From Clostridiaceae bacterium (GTDB lineage Bacteria; Bacillota; Clostridia; Acetivibrionales; DUMC01): 64,000 bases of DNA. A program made the translations under genes and the position numbers. Positions 55,886 through 64,000 of this stretch are shown here, piece after piece. Positions within the stretch are counted from its first letter, which is position 1, and each line of letters begins with the position of its first letter. Under the pieces are notes generated by a model. That model was not told the DNA's origin and made no database searches. It was given only the letters and a program-made list of their open reading frames with translations. The stretch lies in NCBI GenBank assembly GCA_012840075.1, contig DUMC01000126.1, positions 30,594 through 94,593 of the forward strand, read 5' to 3'.

Positions 55886-57622
55886 CTAAATTACAGGCCA
55901 TTTTCCTTGATTAATAAATTCCTGGGCTCGGGCTTCTGAAGCTTCCACAATATCATCTTTGTAACCCATTAATTTTAAAAGTTTAATCGCATTTCTACTT
56001 CTCGATCTGTCAGGGTAAATCTTGTAATCAAAAACAATGTCATTATCAGTTACATACTCCTGGAAATGGTAATTATCATAATGATTCTTCAATATAATAC
56101 TTAATTCCAAATCGTGGGTGGCAGCTATTATAATACAGTTTTCCTTGCTCAGAAAATACAACAATTCCGAGGAAGCTGCTATACGTTCAACAGTATTTGT
56201 TCCCCTGAGGACTTCGTCAATTATGCATAAACATGGAATATTTGAATTTAAACTGTCAATGATTCGTTTTAAAGATTTTATTTCCGCAATATAATAGCTT
56301 TCCCCGCTCTTCAAATTGTCTCTTATAGCCATTGATGTATATACTGCGAAATAGTTGGATACATACTTTTTGGCAAGACAAGTATTAATAGTTTGAGCAA
56401 ATATGGCATTAAGAGCGACAGTTTTTAAAAAAGTAGATTTTCCTGAAGCATTAGAACCGGTGATAAGTATGGATTTATTAATATGAAGTGAATTAGCTAC
56501 CGGGTCTTTTAACAAGGGATGGTATATATCTTCGAAATATATTTTCAAGTTAACTTTTTCATTTTTTGTTTCGGTGTCTGTCTCTCCTGAAACGGTGCTG
56601 TTAGCTTCAGTTTGTATAAGTTCAGGCCGTGTATAATATTCAAGACTTGATCTGAAAGAAGCTACCGATATGAGGCTGTCAAACAAACCTATTATATTGA
56701 ATATATTCATTAACTCTTCTTTATATTTCAAAATTAGTTTGAACATGCTTTGGTATGCGATAATTTCCCCAAGAAAAATCACTTTTATATATTCCAGAAA
56801 AGGATTATCAGTATTGTAGAGGACAAGAAAGGACCTACTGACAATACCCTTTAGCTTCTTTAAAGAAGATTTCAAGGCTTCGTTATACCGGCTTATTTCT
56901 TTAATATTTAAATTAGCAATTTTATCTGCACAATCGATAAGACTCACGATAAAATTAAAAGCTTCCAAGTGAGATTCTATTTCATATTTCTTCTTATAGT
57001 ATAAAGTTGAGTTTGTAATGAGCAATCCGATGATTGCAAAAACACCAATAGTCGGGTTTAGTAGCAACAGTAAAGGGGAAAATAAAAGGGCAAGGGAAAG
57101 AAACTTGTAATTTACATTATTAATTGCGCTATCCCTTATATCATTAATAAAATAACTTGAAACATCAATGTTCTTTGTTTTACCCAGTTTTGACAGCAAC
57201 ACTTGCAAATCCATTCGTTGTTTTCTGTTGTTTTGAAAAAATGAAATCAACCTTTCTCTTTCATTGAGGACTGACGAATCAAAAACAGGGGTCCTAAGAA
57301 GGTAGTAAAGATATTCTTCGCCTGCTGTAGAACAAGTGTTATTAATTCTTTGGAAAACAATGTTCATTTCAAGGTCATTCCAGGTAATATCGTCGACATA
57401 AAAAGTTTGTTTTTCCTTTTGCATATTTAATATGTTGGAATAATAAAAATGCGCATTCTTACTTATATTTGACTTGTTATCCCTTAAAGGATTTCTGCCC
57501 CATTTTTCTTTTATACTGTTTATTAATCTTGAATTTTCGTTTTTTCTCCTAATGTATATAACTAAAATTAATATCGAAACAACTATAATTATCAATAGTA
57601 AATAAGACAAGTATTTTTCCAT
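55886..57622 (-). CDS. membrane-associated MutS-related ATPase (MutS domain V only; no mismatch-binding or Smr domain seen)
   Basis: 578 aa. GGAGG RBS. N-terminal TM (YLLLIIIVVSILILVIYI) and mid TM pair (FLSLALLFSPLLLLLNPTIGVFAIIGLLI). MutS-type Walker A ILITGSNASGKSTFLKTVALNAIFAQT and Walker B/signature region LCIIDEVLRGTNTVERIA...IIIAATHD. Confidence 0.8.
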   Translation of the reverse strand: MEKYLSYLLLIIIVVSILILVIYIRRKNENSRLINSIKEKWGRNPLRDNKSNISKNAHFYYSNILNMQKEKQTFYVDDITWNDLEMNIVFQRINNTCSTAGEEYLYYLLRTPVFDSSVLNERERLISFFQNNRKQRMDLQVLLSKLGKTKNIDVSSYFINDIRDSAINNVNYKFLSLALLFSPLLLLLNPTIGVFAIIGLLITNSTLYYKKKYEIESHLEAFNFIVSLIDCADKIANLNIKEISRYNEALKSSLKKLKGIVSRSFLVLYNTDNPFLEYIKVIFLGEIIAYQSMFKLILKYKEELMNIFNIIGLFDSLISVASFRSSLEYYTRPELIQTEANSTVSGETDTETKNEKVNLKIYFEDIYHPLLKDPVANSLHINKSILITGSNASGKSTFLKTVALNAIFAQTINTCLAKKYVSNYFAVYTSMAIRDNLKSGESYYIAEIKSLKRIIDSLNSNIPCLCIIDEVLRGTNTVERIAASSELLYFLSKENCIIIAATHDLELSIILKNHYDNYHFQEYVTDNDIVFDYKIYPDRSRSRNAIKLLKLMGYKDDIVEASEARAQEFINQGKWPVI

Positions 57623-58066
57623 AAAACCTCCAAAATTAGTATTTTAAACTATTTATTACACGTCATTTTAACTTAATTTATTAATACATGCACAATTTAT
57701 TAATACTTGCATATTGTTTAAAGAAATACAAAAACGGTAATACTTAATATAGCACATAAAATTGTTAAAGTTAATATAATTATAATATAAGTATTTGTTC
57801 ATAATGTACATTTGTTGTTGCAACATATTTTGCTATAATAATAACAGAATTAGTTATAATAACAGTATCAATTGCAAATATTAATTACACATGCATTAAT
57901 TACAAATATTAATTGCGGTTTCTCACATATTTATTATAATACAAAAAATTATCTTTTAAATTATATCATTACAGTTTGACGGGGCGCAACATAAAACAGG
58001 AATTTAAAATTAAAGGAAATAATAAAAAAGTATTGAATAAAAAAGTATTGAAATAATAAAAAAATG

Positions 58067-58096
58067 TTGACATGTAAGATTTTACAATGTTATAAT
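58067..58096 (+). promoter_or_regulatory. sigma-A-type promoter for rho (extended -10)
   Basis: TTGACA (58067-72), an 18-nt spacer, then TGTTATAAT (TATAAT at 58091-96). This predicts a 5' leader of about 290 nt before the rho ATG at 58393. Confidence 0.55.
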
Positions 58097-58392
58097 TGTA
58101 ACGATAGGGTTCAAAGAAGCTTCTCTATTCTTAATTTCGGGTTTACTTTATAAACAGTAAAGGGCGATTTAAATTTAGTTAAATTTTTATTTATATTTAT
58201 GTAAAAAAGGGAACAAGTTTATTTATCTGCAGTTTCCAGTTACTAATAATCTAAATGAATAGTTTTATGGTAACCAGTCAGGTTAAACCGTGTTAATTTT
58301 CTAGATTTCAAGGACTATATAATTTTAATTTTTTGTGGTTGATTATGTTTAGCTATATTGGTTTATCGTAAATATAAAAAAGGTGGTGTGTT

Positions 58393-60681
58393 ATGGAAGA
58401 AGTTAACTTATGGGACAAAAAACTTGAAGATCTGCGTTATATTGCCAAAGTAATGGGGATCAAGAGTGTAACCAAATACAGAAAATCAGAACTTATTGAG
58501 AAGATACTTGAAGCTGGGAAAGCTGCTGCGAAGGAAGAGTATATCAAACCTAATTTTGTAGAAGATGAAGGCAGTATTATTGATGAAAGTGAAGAAAAAG
58601 AAGAGAAAAAAGAGAAGGAAACAGTTAAGACAAGAGGCAGAAGAAAAGCAAAGAAAGCAGAAGAAGACAAAATAACCGATGACAGCGGCAGGCTAAGTGA
58701 TGAAAAGGACGAGAAGTTAGAAAAGATAGAAACTTCAACTCTTACTCAAGATCAAGAGAAAGAAAAACAAGACACAGAAGGAATTGAACAAAAATCTCAT
58801 GAAGAGGTAGACAAAACTTCAGAGGCATTAATATCTTCAGAAGCATCAATGCCTATAGAAGATGCTGTTTCGGCTGATGCAGCCAAGGATGAGCAAAAAG
58901 CTAAAGAAATTCAAGAACAAGCCCAAGAACAACCACAAGATGATAAAGCTGCGTCCGAGGTTATTTCTGAAGCACAACTGGAGAAAAAAGTCAGAAGAAC
59001 CAGAAGAAAGACAGCTAAAACTGAAGATAAAAAGGATGCCGATGAAACCCAACAAACCCAAATTGCACTGGATTTACCTAAAGCAGAAGATGTTAAGGAC
59101 GGTTCAAAAATAACCGAGGATACAGATAAAATAGAGACTGAAAAACGCGCAGCAGTTAAAAAAGAACCTGAAATCAAAGCTTCAGAAGATTTAAAATCTG
59201 AAACCAAAGAGAAAAAAGAAGCGGAAAGGGACGAATCCCAAAAAGTTGATACAAAGATTATAGAATTCCCAAGCGCAGCAGAGGCAGAAAAAGCTCAAGA
59301 AGGATTGAAGGAAAAAGTTAGGGCGGAAGTGAAAGAAGAAGCTAAAGAGGGAGCAAAAGAAGAAGCTAAGGCTGAACAAAAAGAAGAAGTTAAGGAAGCA
59401 CCCAAGGAAGAAGTTAAAGAAGCGCCGAAAGAAGAGGCTAAGGAAGAACCTAAAAAAATTGAAGAAAGGGTTACAGTGAAAACATTTGAACCCAGAAGAG
59501 AAGGCTGGAACAGCGCTTTAGAAAAACTTGAAGCCGATGATCCCGTCGAAGGAGTCTTGGAAGTACTGCCCGATGGATATGGATTTTTACGCAGTGAAAA
59601 TTATCTTCCAGGGGCTAAAGATGTTTATGTTTCACCGTCACAAATAAGGCGTTTTGGATTGAAAACCGGAGATAAATTGAGGGGTATAGGTAGGATACCT
59701 AAAGACGGAGAAAAATTTCAGGCCTTGCTTTATGTACAATCGGTAAACGGGGAGCCGCCGGAAACCGCTTTAAAGAGAACACCTTTTGAGCAGCTTACTC
59801 CAATTTATCCGAATCAAAAGATAAAACTGGAGACAACTTCAAATGAATTATCTACAAGATTAATTGATCTTATTGCTCCCATTGGAAAAGGGCAGAGAGG
59901 TATGATAGTTTCTCCGCCTAAAGCAGGGAAGACCATCTTGTTGCAAAAAATAGCCAACAGTATAACTACGAATTACAGCGATATAGAACTTATAGTTTTA
60001 TTAATAGATGAAAGACCGGAAGAAGTTACGGATATGCAACGCTCTATTAAGGGGGAAGTTGTATACTCTACCTTTGACAAAGTTCCGGAACATCATATAA
60101 AGGTAGCCGAAATGGTGCTTGAAAGAGCTCAAAGACTTGTAGAACATAAAAAAGATGTAGTAATATTATTGGATAGTATAACAAGGTTGGCTAGGGCGTA
60201 TAACCTCACAATACCGCCTACAGGTAGGACTCTGTCAGGAGGTCTTGATCCTGGAGCCCTTCACAGTCCTAAGAGGTTCTTCGGGTCCGCACGGAATATT
60301 GAGAACGGCGGAAGCTTGACAATAATAGCGACGGCATTAATTGATACAGGAAGCAGAATGGATGATGTTATATATGAAGAATTTAAGGGGACCGGAAACA
60401 TGGAAATTCACTTGGACAGAAAACTTGCCGAAAAAAGGATATTCCCGGCAATTGACATCCTAAAATCCGGTACAAGAAGAGAAGAATTGTTACTGTCGCC
60501 AAAAGAACTGGAAGGTATATGGGCTATCAGAAAAGCTTTGAGTAATATGGGAACGGCGGAAGTTACGGAACTGATTTTGAAGAGGCTTTCTCAGACCAAG
60601 AGCAATGAAGAGTTCATAAGCAGTATAAATACTTCCTATGTTGAAAAATATTTTTCTTCGCAGTCCCTCATTAATTATTAA
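58393..60681 (+). CDS. rho: transcription termination factor Rho with a large K/E-rich N-terminal insertion
   Basis: 762 aa. AAGGTGG RBS. Rho_N helix bundle ([30 protein letters not shown]), a charged insert of about 340 aa, a CSD-like RNA-binding domain ([42 protein letters not shown]), and the RecA-type core ([41 protein letters not shown]). Confidence 0.95.
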   Translation: MEEVNLWDKKLEDLRYIAKVMGIKSVTKYRKSELIEKILEAGKAAAKEEYIKPNFVEDEGSIIDESEEKEEKKEKETVKTRGRRKAKKAEEDKITDDSGRLSDEKDEKLEKIETSTLTQDQEKEKQDTEGIEQKSHEEVDKTSEALISSEASMPIEDAVSADAAKDEQKAKEIQEQAQEQPQDDKAASEVISEAQLEKKVRRTRRKTAKTEDKKDADETQQTQIALDLPKAEDVKDGSKITEDTDKIETEKRAAVKKEPEIKASEDLKSETKEKKEAERDESQKVDTKIIEFPSAAEAEKAQEGLKEKVRAEVKEEAKEGAKEEAKAEQKEEVKEAPKEEVKEAPKEEAKEEPKKIEERVTVKTFEPRREGWNSALEKLEADDPVEGVLEVLPDGYGFLRSENYLPGAKDVYVSPSQIRRFGLKTGDKLRGIGRIPKDGEKFQALLYVQSVNGEPPETALKRTPFEQLTPIYPNQKIKLETTSNELSTRLIDLIAPIGKGQRGMIVSPPKAGKTILLQKIANSITTNYSDIELIVLLIDERPEEVTDMQRSIKGEVVYSTFDKVPEHHIKVAEMVLERAQRLVEHKKDVVILLDSITRLARAYNLTIPPTGRTLSGGLDPGALHSPKRFFGSARNIENGGSLTIIATALIDTGSRMDDVIYEEFKGTGNMEIHLDRKLAEKRIFPAIDILKSGTRREELLLSPKELEGIWAIRKALSNMGTAEVTELILKRLSQTKSNEEFISSINTSYVEKYFSSQSLINY

Positions 60682-60936
60682 TGTCTGTCGCTGATTAAGC
60701 GCTGATTTTGTCATAAATGGGACAATTAAAGCTATCTTGCGAATGTTTAACTTATAAAATGAATGTATTAACTTTTTAAAAATAAACTTGCACTATGGTG
60801 TCCATTTGTGCTAAAATGAAATTTGTTATGCATGTTATATAAATTTAGTTTAAATGTTATATAAATTTAGTTTAGTTGATAATATCATAATTTAAATATT
60901 TATTTGCAATAAAGTGTTGTGAAAGAAGGTGAAAAA

Positions 60937-61143
60937 GTGAAAGAAGGTATACATCCTAAATATGGCGAAGCAGTTGTAAGATGCGCATGCGGTGAAACCT
61001 TTGTTACAGGTTCCACTAAGAAGGAACTTCGTGTAGAAATTTGTTCAAAATGCCATCCTTTTTTTACAGGTAAACAAAAATTTGTAGATACGACAGGTAG
61101 AGTTGATAAGTTTAAGAAGAAATACGGAATTACAGTAGAATAA
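60937..61143 (+). CDS. rpmE: 50S ribosomal protein L31 (Zn-ribbon type A)
   Basis: Start trimmed to GTG 60937 to give (M)KEGIHPKY. Cys pairs CACGETF ... [13 protein letters not shown]. Confidence 0.92.
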   Translation: MKEGIHPKYGEAVVRCACGETFVTGSTKKELRVEICSKCHPFFTGKQKFVDTTGRVDKFKKKYGITVE

Positions 61144-61340
61144 CCGAAAGCCCGGGATTTGATTAACGGGCTTGAGGTTTTAAAAACCTCTTAAATACAA
61201 AGCTAAAAAATTAGATACAAAAATGATGAAAAATTTCTGTTAAATTAAAATTATATTAAATTATATTAAACATTATATTAAACTTAATTTATATATATAA
61301 CTCAAATAGACTTGAAAAATTTATATTAAATTAACCAGAA

Positions 61341-61375
61341 AGACCGAAATCCGTAAAAGATTCGGTCTTTATTCA
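61341..61375 (+). terminator. intrinsic terminator downstream of rpmE
   Basis: AGACCGAA (61341-48) pairs with TTCGGTCT (61361-68), 12-nt loop, followed by TTATTCATATT. Confidence 0.65.
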
Positions 61376-61586
61376 TATTATAACCGGATTTACACTGCTG
61401 ATAAGTATTTGATATAATCATCGGTAGTGTTATTTATTATAAGAAGTAGTGCTATTTATTATAAAAAATTGATTAAAGTGATAAAAAATGATAAAAAGAT
61501 TAATATAGATGGATTTATCTAAATTGCATTTATCGAAATTTTTTTATCGAAGGTGCATCTATCTAACGCAATGAGGTGTTGTTGTG

Positions 61587-62609
61587 ATGAAAGAAAATAT
61601 AGATAATAAATATAATGCTTCCAATGCAAGTGGCAGTATTAATAGTAATGGTAATAATGGCAATAGCAATAACGGCAATGAAAAAGGTGCCGGTTGCAAT
61701 GTCAATGTAGGAGGTCAGGCTCTTATAGAAGGATTGCTCATGATAGGACCTGACAGATCCGCTACGGCAATAAGAAGACCGGACGGACAAATAATAGTTG
61801 AGAAAAAGAAGCTTCCTCCTAGAAGTAAGTTGTCAAAAATACCCATAGTCAGAGGGGTTTATAATTTTGTAAGACAAATGGTTACAGGCGTCAAGGCTCT
61901 CATGTATTCTGCCGAATTTGTGGATATTGGAACGGAAGATGACTATAAACCGTCTAAATTTGATAAATTTATAGAACGAATAGTAGGAGAAAAAGCTAAA
62001 GATTATTTAATTTATTTTTCAGTATTCCTTGCAATAATTCTAAGCGTGGGATTGTTCATACTTCTTCCTAATTTTATAACCAGCCTCTTTGTAGGAATTA
62101 ATAAAACCACCAGGCTCGGAATTATACTAAACAACCTGCTGGAAGGCATAATAAGAATTACAATATTCCTGACATATCTGACATTAGCATCCAAGATGAA
62201 AGATATAAAAAGAGTATGGCAGTACCATGGAGCTGAACACAAAACCATACATTGTTTTGAAAATAATGAAGAATTAACTGTGGAAAACGTACAGAAATAC
62301 TCTACAAAACATCCAAGATGCGGGACATCTTTCTTATTTATAGTAATGATAGTCAGCATCATAGTTTTTTCCTTTGCGGGATGGCACAATAGGTGGATTA
62401 ACCTGCTGTTGAGATTACTGCTCATACCTTTGGTAGCAGGGATATCTTATGAGTTGCTCAAACTAGGCGGAAGAAGTAACAACAAGGTGATTGGCTTTTT
62501 GAAATATCCCGGACTCTGGCTTCAGAACTTAACAACCAGCGAGCCTGATGATGATCAGGTGGAAGTTGCCATTGCCGCATTAAACGCGGTGATAAAAAAT
62601 GAAGACTAA
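61587..62609 (+). CDS. DUF1385 domain membrane protein (the family commonly found upstream of prmC in Firmicutes)
   Basis: GAGGTG RBS with GTG 61584 or ATG 61587 as start. An N/G/S-rich N-terminal ~35 aa, then GGQALIEGLLMIGPD, YHGAEHKTIHCFE and HPRCGTSFL with several TM helices. Confidence 0.7.
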   Translation: MKENIDNKYNASNASGSINSNGNNGNSNNGNEKGAGCNVNVGGQALIEGLLMIGPDRSATAIRRPDGQIIVEKKKLPPRSKLSKIPIVRGVYNFVRQMVTGVKALMYSAEFVDIGTEDDYKPSKFDKFIERIVGEKAKDYLIYFSVFLAIILSVGLFILLPNFITSLFVGINKTTRLGIILNNLLEGIIRITIFLTYLTLASKMKDIKRVWQYHGAEHKTIHCFENNEELTVENVQKYSTKHPRCGTSFLFIVMIVSIIVFSFAGWHNRWINLLLRLLLIPLVAGISYELLKLGGRSNNKVIGFLKYPGLWLQNLTTSEPDDDQVEVAIAALNAVIKNED

Positions 62610-62700
62610 AACGAAGATTAAAACGAAAAATAATTAGTTGCCGTTGTGTTTATCATTGAAGTAAGATAGTTCGGTTTACTGGAAAGGAAAGAACGGTGCT

Positions 62701-63597
62701 TTGGATATAAAAAGTACATTGAAAAAAGGTGAAGCCATATTAAGAGCGGTTAACAACAAATCAGCTTCCAATGATGCCAGGGTGCTTTTATCACATGTTT
62801 TAAACTGTAGCCAAACATTTTTGATTTCTCACTATGATTATCAATTATCGAAAGATGAAGAAGCCAAGTTTGCAGAATTTATTGAATTAAGAGCCAAAGG
62901 TGTACCTCTACAGTATATTACAGGCAAGCAGGAGTTTATGTCACTGCATTTTAAAGTTAATCCACATGTTCTTATACCAAGGCAGGAAACGGAAATTCTT
63001 GTGGAGACAATTATTGATTATGTTAGAAACAGGCGCAGTACATTGAAAAACTCAAAAAGCATATTGAATAAAAAAAATACCCTAAATATTCTGGATATTG
63101 GGACGGGATCAGGGTGTATAGCCATAAGCCTTGCATATTACATTCAAAACTGCTTCATAATTGCTACTGATATATCAAAAGATGCTTTAGAAACTGCCAG
63201 GCTTAATGCTTCCTTAAACGGGGTTGACGGAAAAATTGACTTTGTAGTGAGTGACTTGTTTGAAAATATAGGTAGTAAAAAATTCGACATTATTGTTTCT
63301 AACCCTCCGTATATTGCGAAGAAAGACTTGGAAAGGTTGGACAGTGAAGTAAAAGACTATGAACCGGCTACAGCATTGGATGGTGGAGAGGACGGGCTTG
63401 ATTTTTACAGGGCAATAATACCAAAAGCACCTTTTTACCTTAAAGAAGGCGGAATACTTGCTTTTGAAATAGGATACAACCAGGCAAGGGATGTTGTGTG
63501 TTTAATGGAAAAATTTTTTTCTGATATAAGAATAATTAAGGATTTGGACAAAAATGATAGGGTTGTGATAGGAGGTATTAGCAGTGAAAGAATTTAA
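62701..63597 (+). CDS. prmC: peptide chain release factor N5-glutamine methyltransferase
   Basis: 298 aa, TTG start. PLQYITGKQEFMSLHFKVNPHVLIPRQETE, SAM motif ILDIGTGSGCIAISLA, and catalytic IVSNPPYI. Confidence 0.9.
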   Translation: MDIKSTLKKGEAILRAVNNKSASNDARVLLSHVLNCSQTFLISHYDYQLSKDEEAKFAEFIELRAKGVPLQYITGKQEFMSLHFKVNPHVLIPRQETEILVETIIDYVRNRRSTLKNSKSILNKKNTLNILDIGTGSGCIAISLAYYIQNCFIIATDISKDALETARLNASLNGVDGKIDFVVSDLFENIGSKKFDIIVSNPPYIAKKDLERLDSEVKDYEPATALDGGEDGLDFYRAIIPKAPFYLKEGGILAFEIGYNQARDVVCLMEKFFSDIRIIKDLDKNDRVVIGGISSERI

Positions 63598-64000
63598 AGT
63601 AGCATTTTTGGGATTTGGGAATGTGGGTACTGGCACGTATAAAATAATAAAAGAAAACGGAAGCAAGATATTTCAAAGAGAAGGTATTAATATCACGGTA
63701 AAAAAGATTCTCGTCCGTAATGTAAACAAAAAAAGACCCGTAGAGGTGGAACCTGATTTATTAACCGATAACATCAAAGAAATAATCGAAGACCCGGAAA
63801 TAGCCGTAGTTGCTGAATTTATTGGAGGAGAAGAGCCTGCAAGGGAATATATACTATCTGCCCTAAACAATAAAAAGACAGTCGTTACTGCTAATAAGGA
63901 AGTTATGGCAAGACATTGGGAAGAGTTGGAAAACGCTGCAATTCGGAACGGATGTGGCTTGTACTATGAGGCAAGCGTTGCAGGAGGCATACCTATTATA
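63584..64000 (+). CDS. hom: homoserine dehydrogenase (5' part, runs off the window end)
   Basis: GGAGG (63571-75), 8 nt, then GTG 63584. It overlaps the prmC 3' end by 14 nt. Translation (V)KEFKVAFLGFGNVGTGTYKIIKENG...VVTANKEVMARHWEELENAAIRNGCGLYYEASVAGGIPII matches the NAD-binding and start of the catalytic region of Hom. Not in the ORF track because no stop is reached. Confidence 0.85.
   Translation, partial: MKEFKVAFLGFGNVGTGTYKIIKENGSKIFQREGINITVKKILVRNVNKKRPVEVEPDLLTDNIKEIIEDPEIAVVAEFIGGEEPAREYILSALNNKKTVVTANKEVMARHWEELENAAIRNGCGLYYEASVAGGIPII

Noticed and set aside
58437-59379. Several 60-100 aa ORFs on both strands inside the rho insertion region.
   Set aside because: They are frame and antisense artefacts of the purine-rich GAA/AAG repeat DNA encoding the K/E tract.
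62701-64000. prmC is followed by hom rather than prfA, with a 14-nt overlap, suggesting a rearranged release-factor operon.
   Set aside because: Gene order around prmC varies among Firmicutes, prfA may simply lie elsewhere, and the window ends here. A short overlap of adjacent genes is commonplace.
1-64000. Scan for tRNA, rRNA, tmRNA, T-box, integrase, transposase, toxin-antitoxin or known defence-system genes.
   Set aside because: None was recognised by eye. There are no GTTCGAATC-type T-arm contexts with matching acceptor stems, no T-box motif, and no recombinase or nuclease signatures. Visual scanning would miss divergent cases, so absence is not proven.

Overview
By eye this is an AT-rich (about one-third G+C) chromosomal window, almost entirely core genes and mostly on the + strand. 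Gene content points to a spore-forming, flagellated, S-layer-bearing Clostridia-type Firmicute; this is inferred from content, and no database was consulted. No rRNA, tRNA, CRISPR array, integrase or transposase was recognised.

Gene order:
- AraC regulator, gnd, and a LarA-like protein.
- Two tandem paralogous giant secreted FN3-array proteins (1744 and 1331 aa) with SLH-like tails.
- murA, spoIID, a SpoIIQ-like M23 peptidase, an MreB/Mbl homologue and spoIIID.
- A GlpP-controlled glycerol-phosphate island: GlpA-like FAD enzyme, NAD(P)/FAD oxidoreductase, HAD-IIA phosphatase, DUF1667, and an AraM-like sn-glycerol-1-phosphate dehydrogenase.
- flhO/flhP-type rod genes and a FlgJ-like rod-binding protein.
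- A phosphodiester glycosidase, a truncated GH2 gene and a Zn-ADH.
- lipB, lipA, a metallophosphoesterase, then E2, E3 and a fused E1 alpha/beta of a 2-oxoacid dehydrogenase.
- A DeoR, SrlD-like SDR, PHP, FGGY-kinase sugar cluster.
- A PepSY/SLH wall protein and a membrane MutS-related ATPase.
- A 762-aa Rho with a ~340-aa K/E-rich insertion, rpmE, DUF1385, prmC, and the 5' part of hom.

The most unusual signals lie outside ordinary gene calls:
1. Two families of hairpin repeats sit directly after stop codons. Family A has core GGGGACGGTTCT at three loci, one of which truncates the GH2 gene. Family B is GGGGACACACCTCTTCGAGGAATGTCCCC-TTTT, including a five-unit tandem array of terminator-like hairpins.
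2. Short local direct duplications ('stutter') occur in nearly every intergenic spacer. They spill into the 5' and 3' ends of coding regions and create N/G/D/E-rich N-terminal extensions.
3. The glycerol-phosphate island pairs G3P-dehydrogenase-type genes with G1P-dehydrogenase-type genes behind a GlpP-type leader terminator.

All functional calls rest on motif recognition in the supplied translations. No searches or computations were run.
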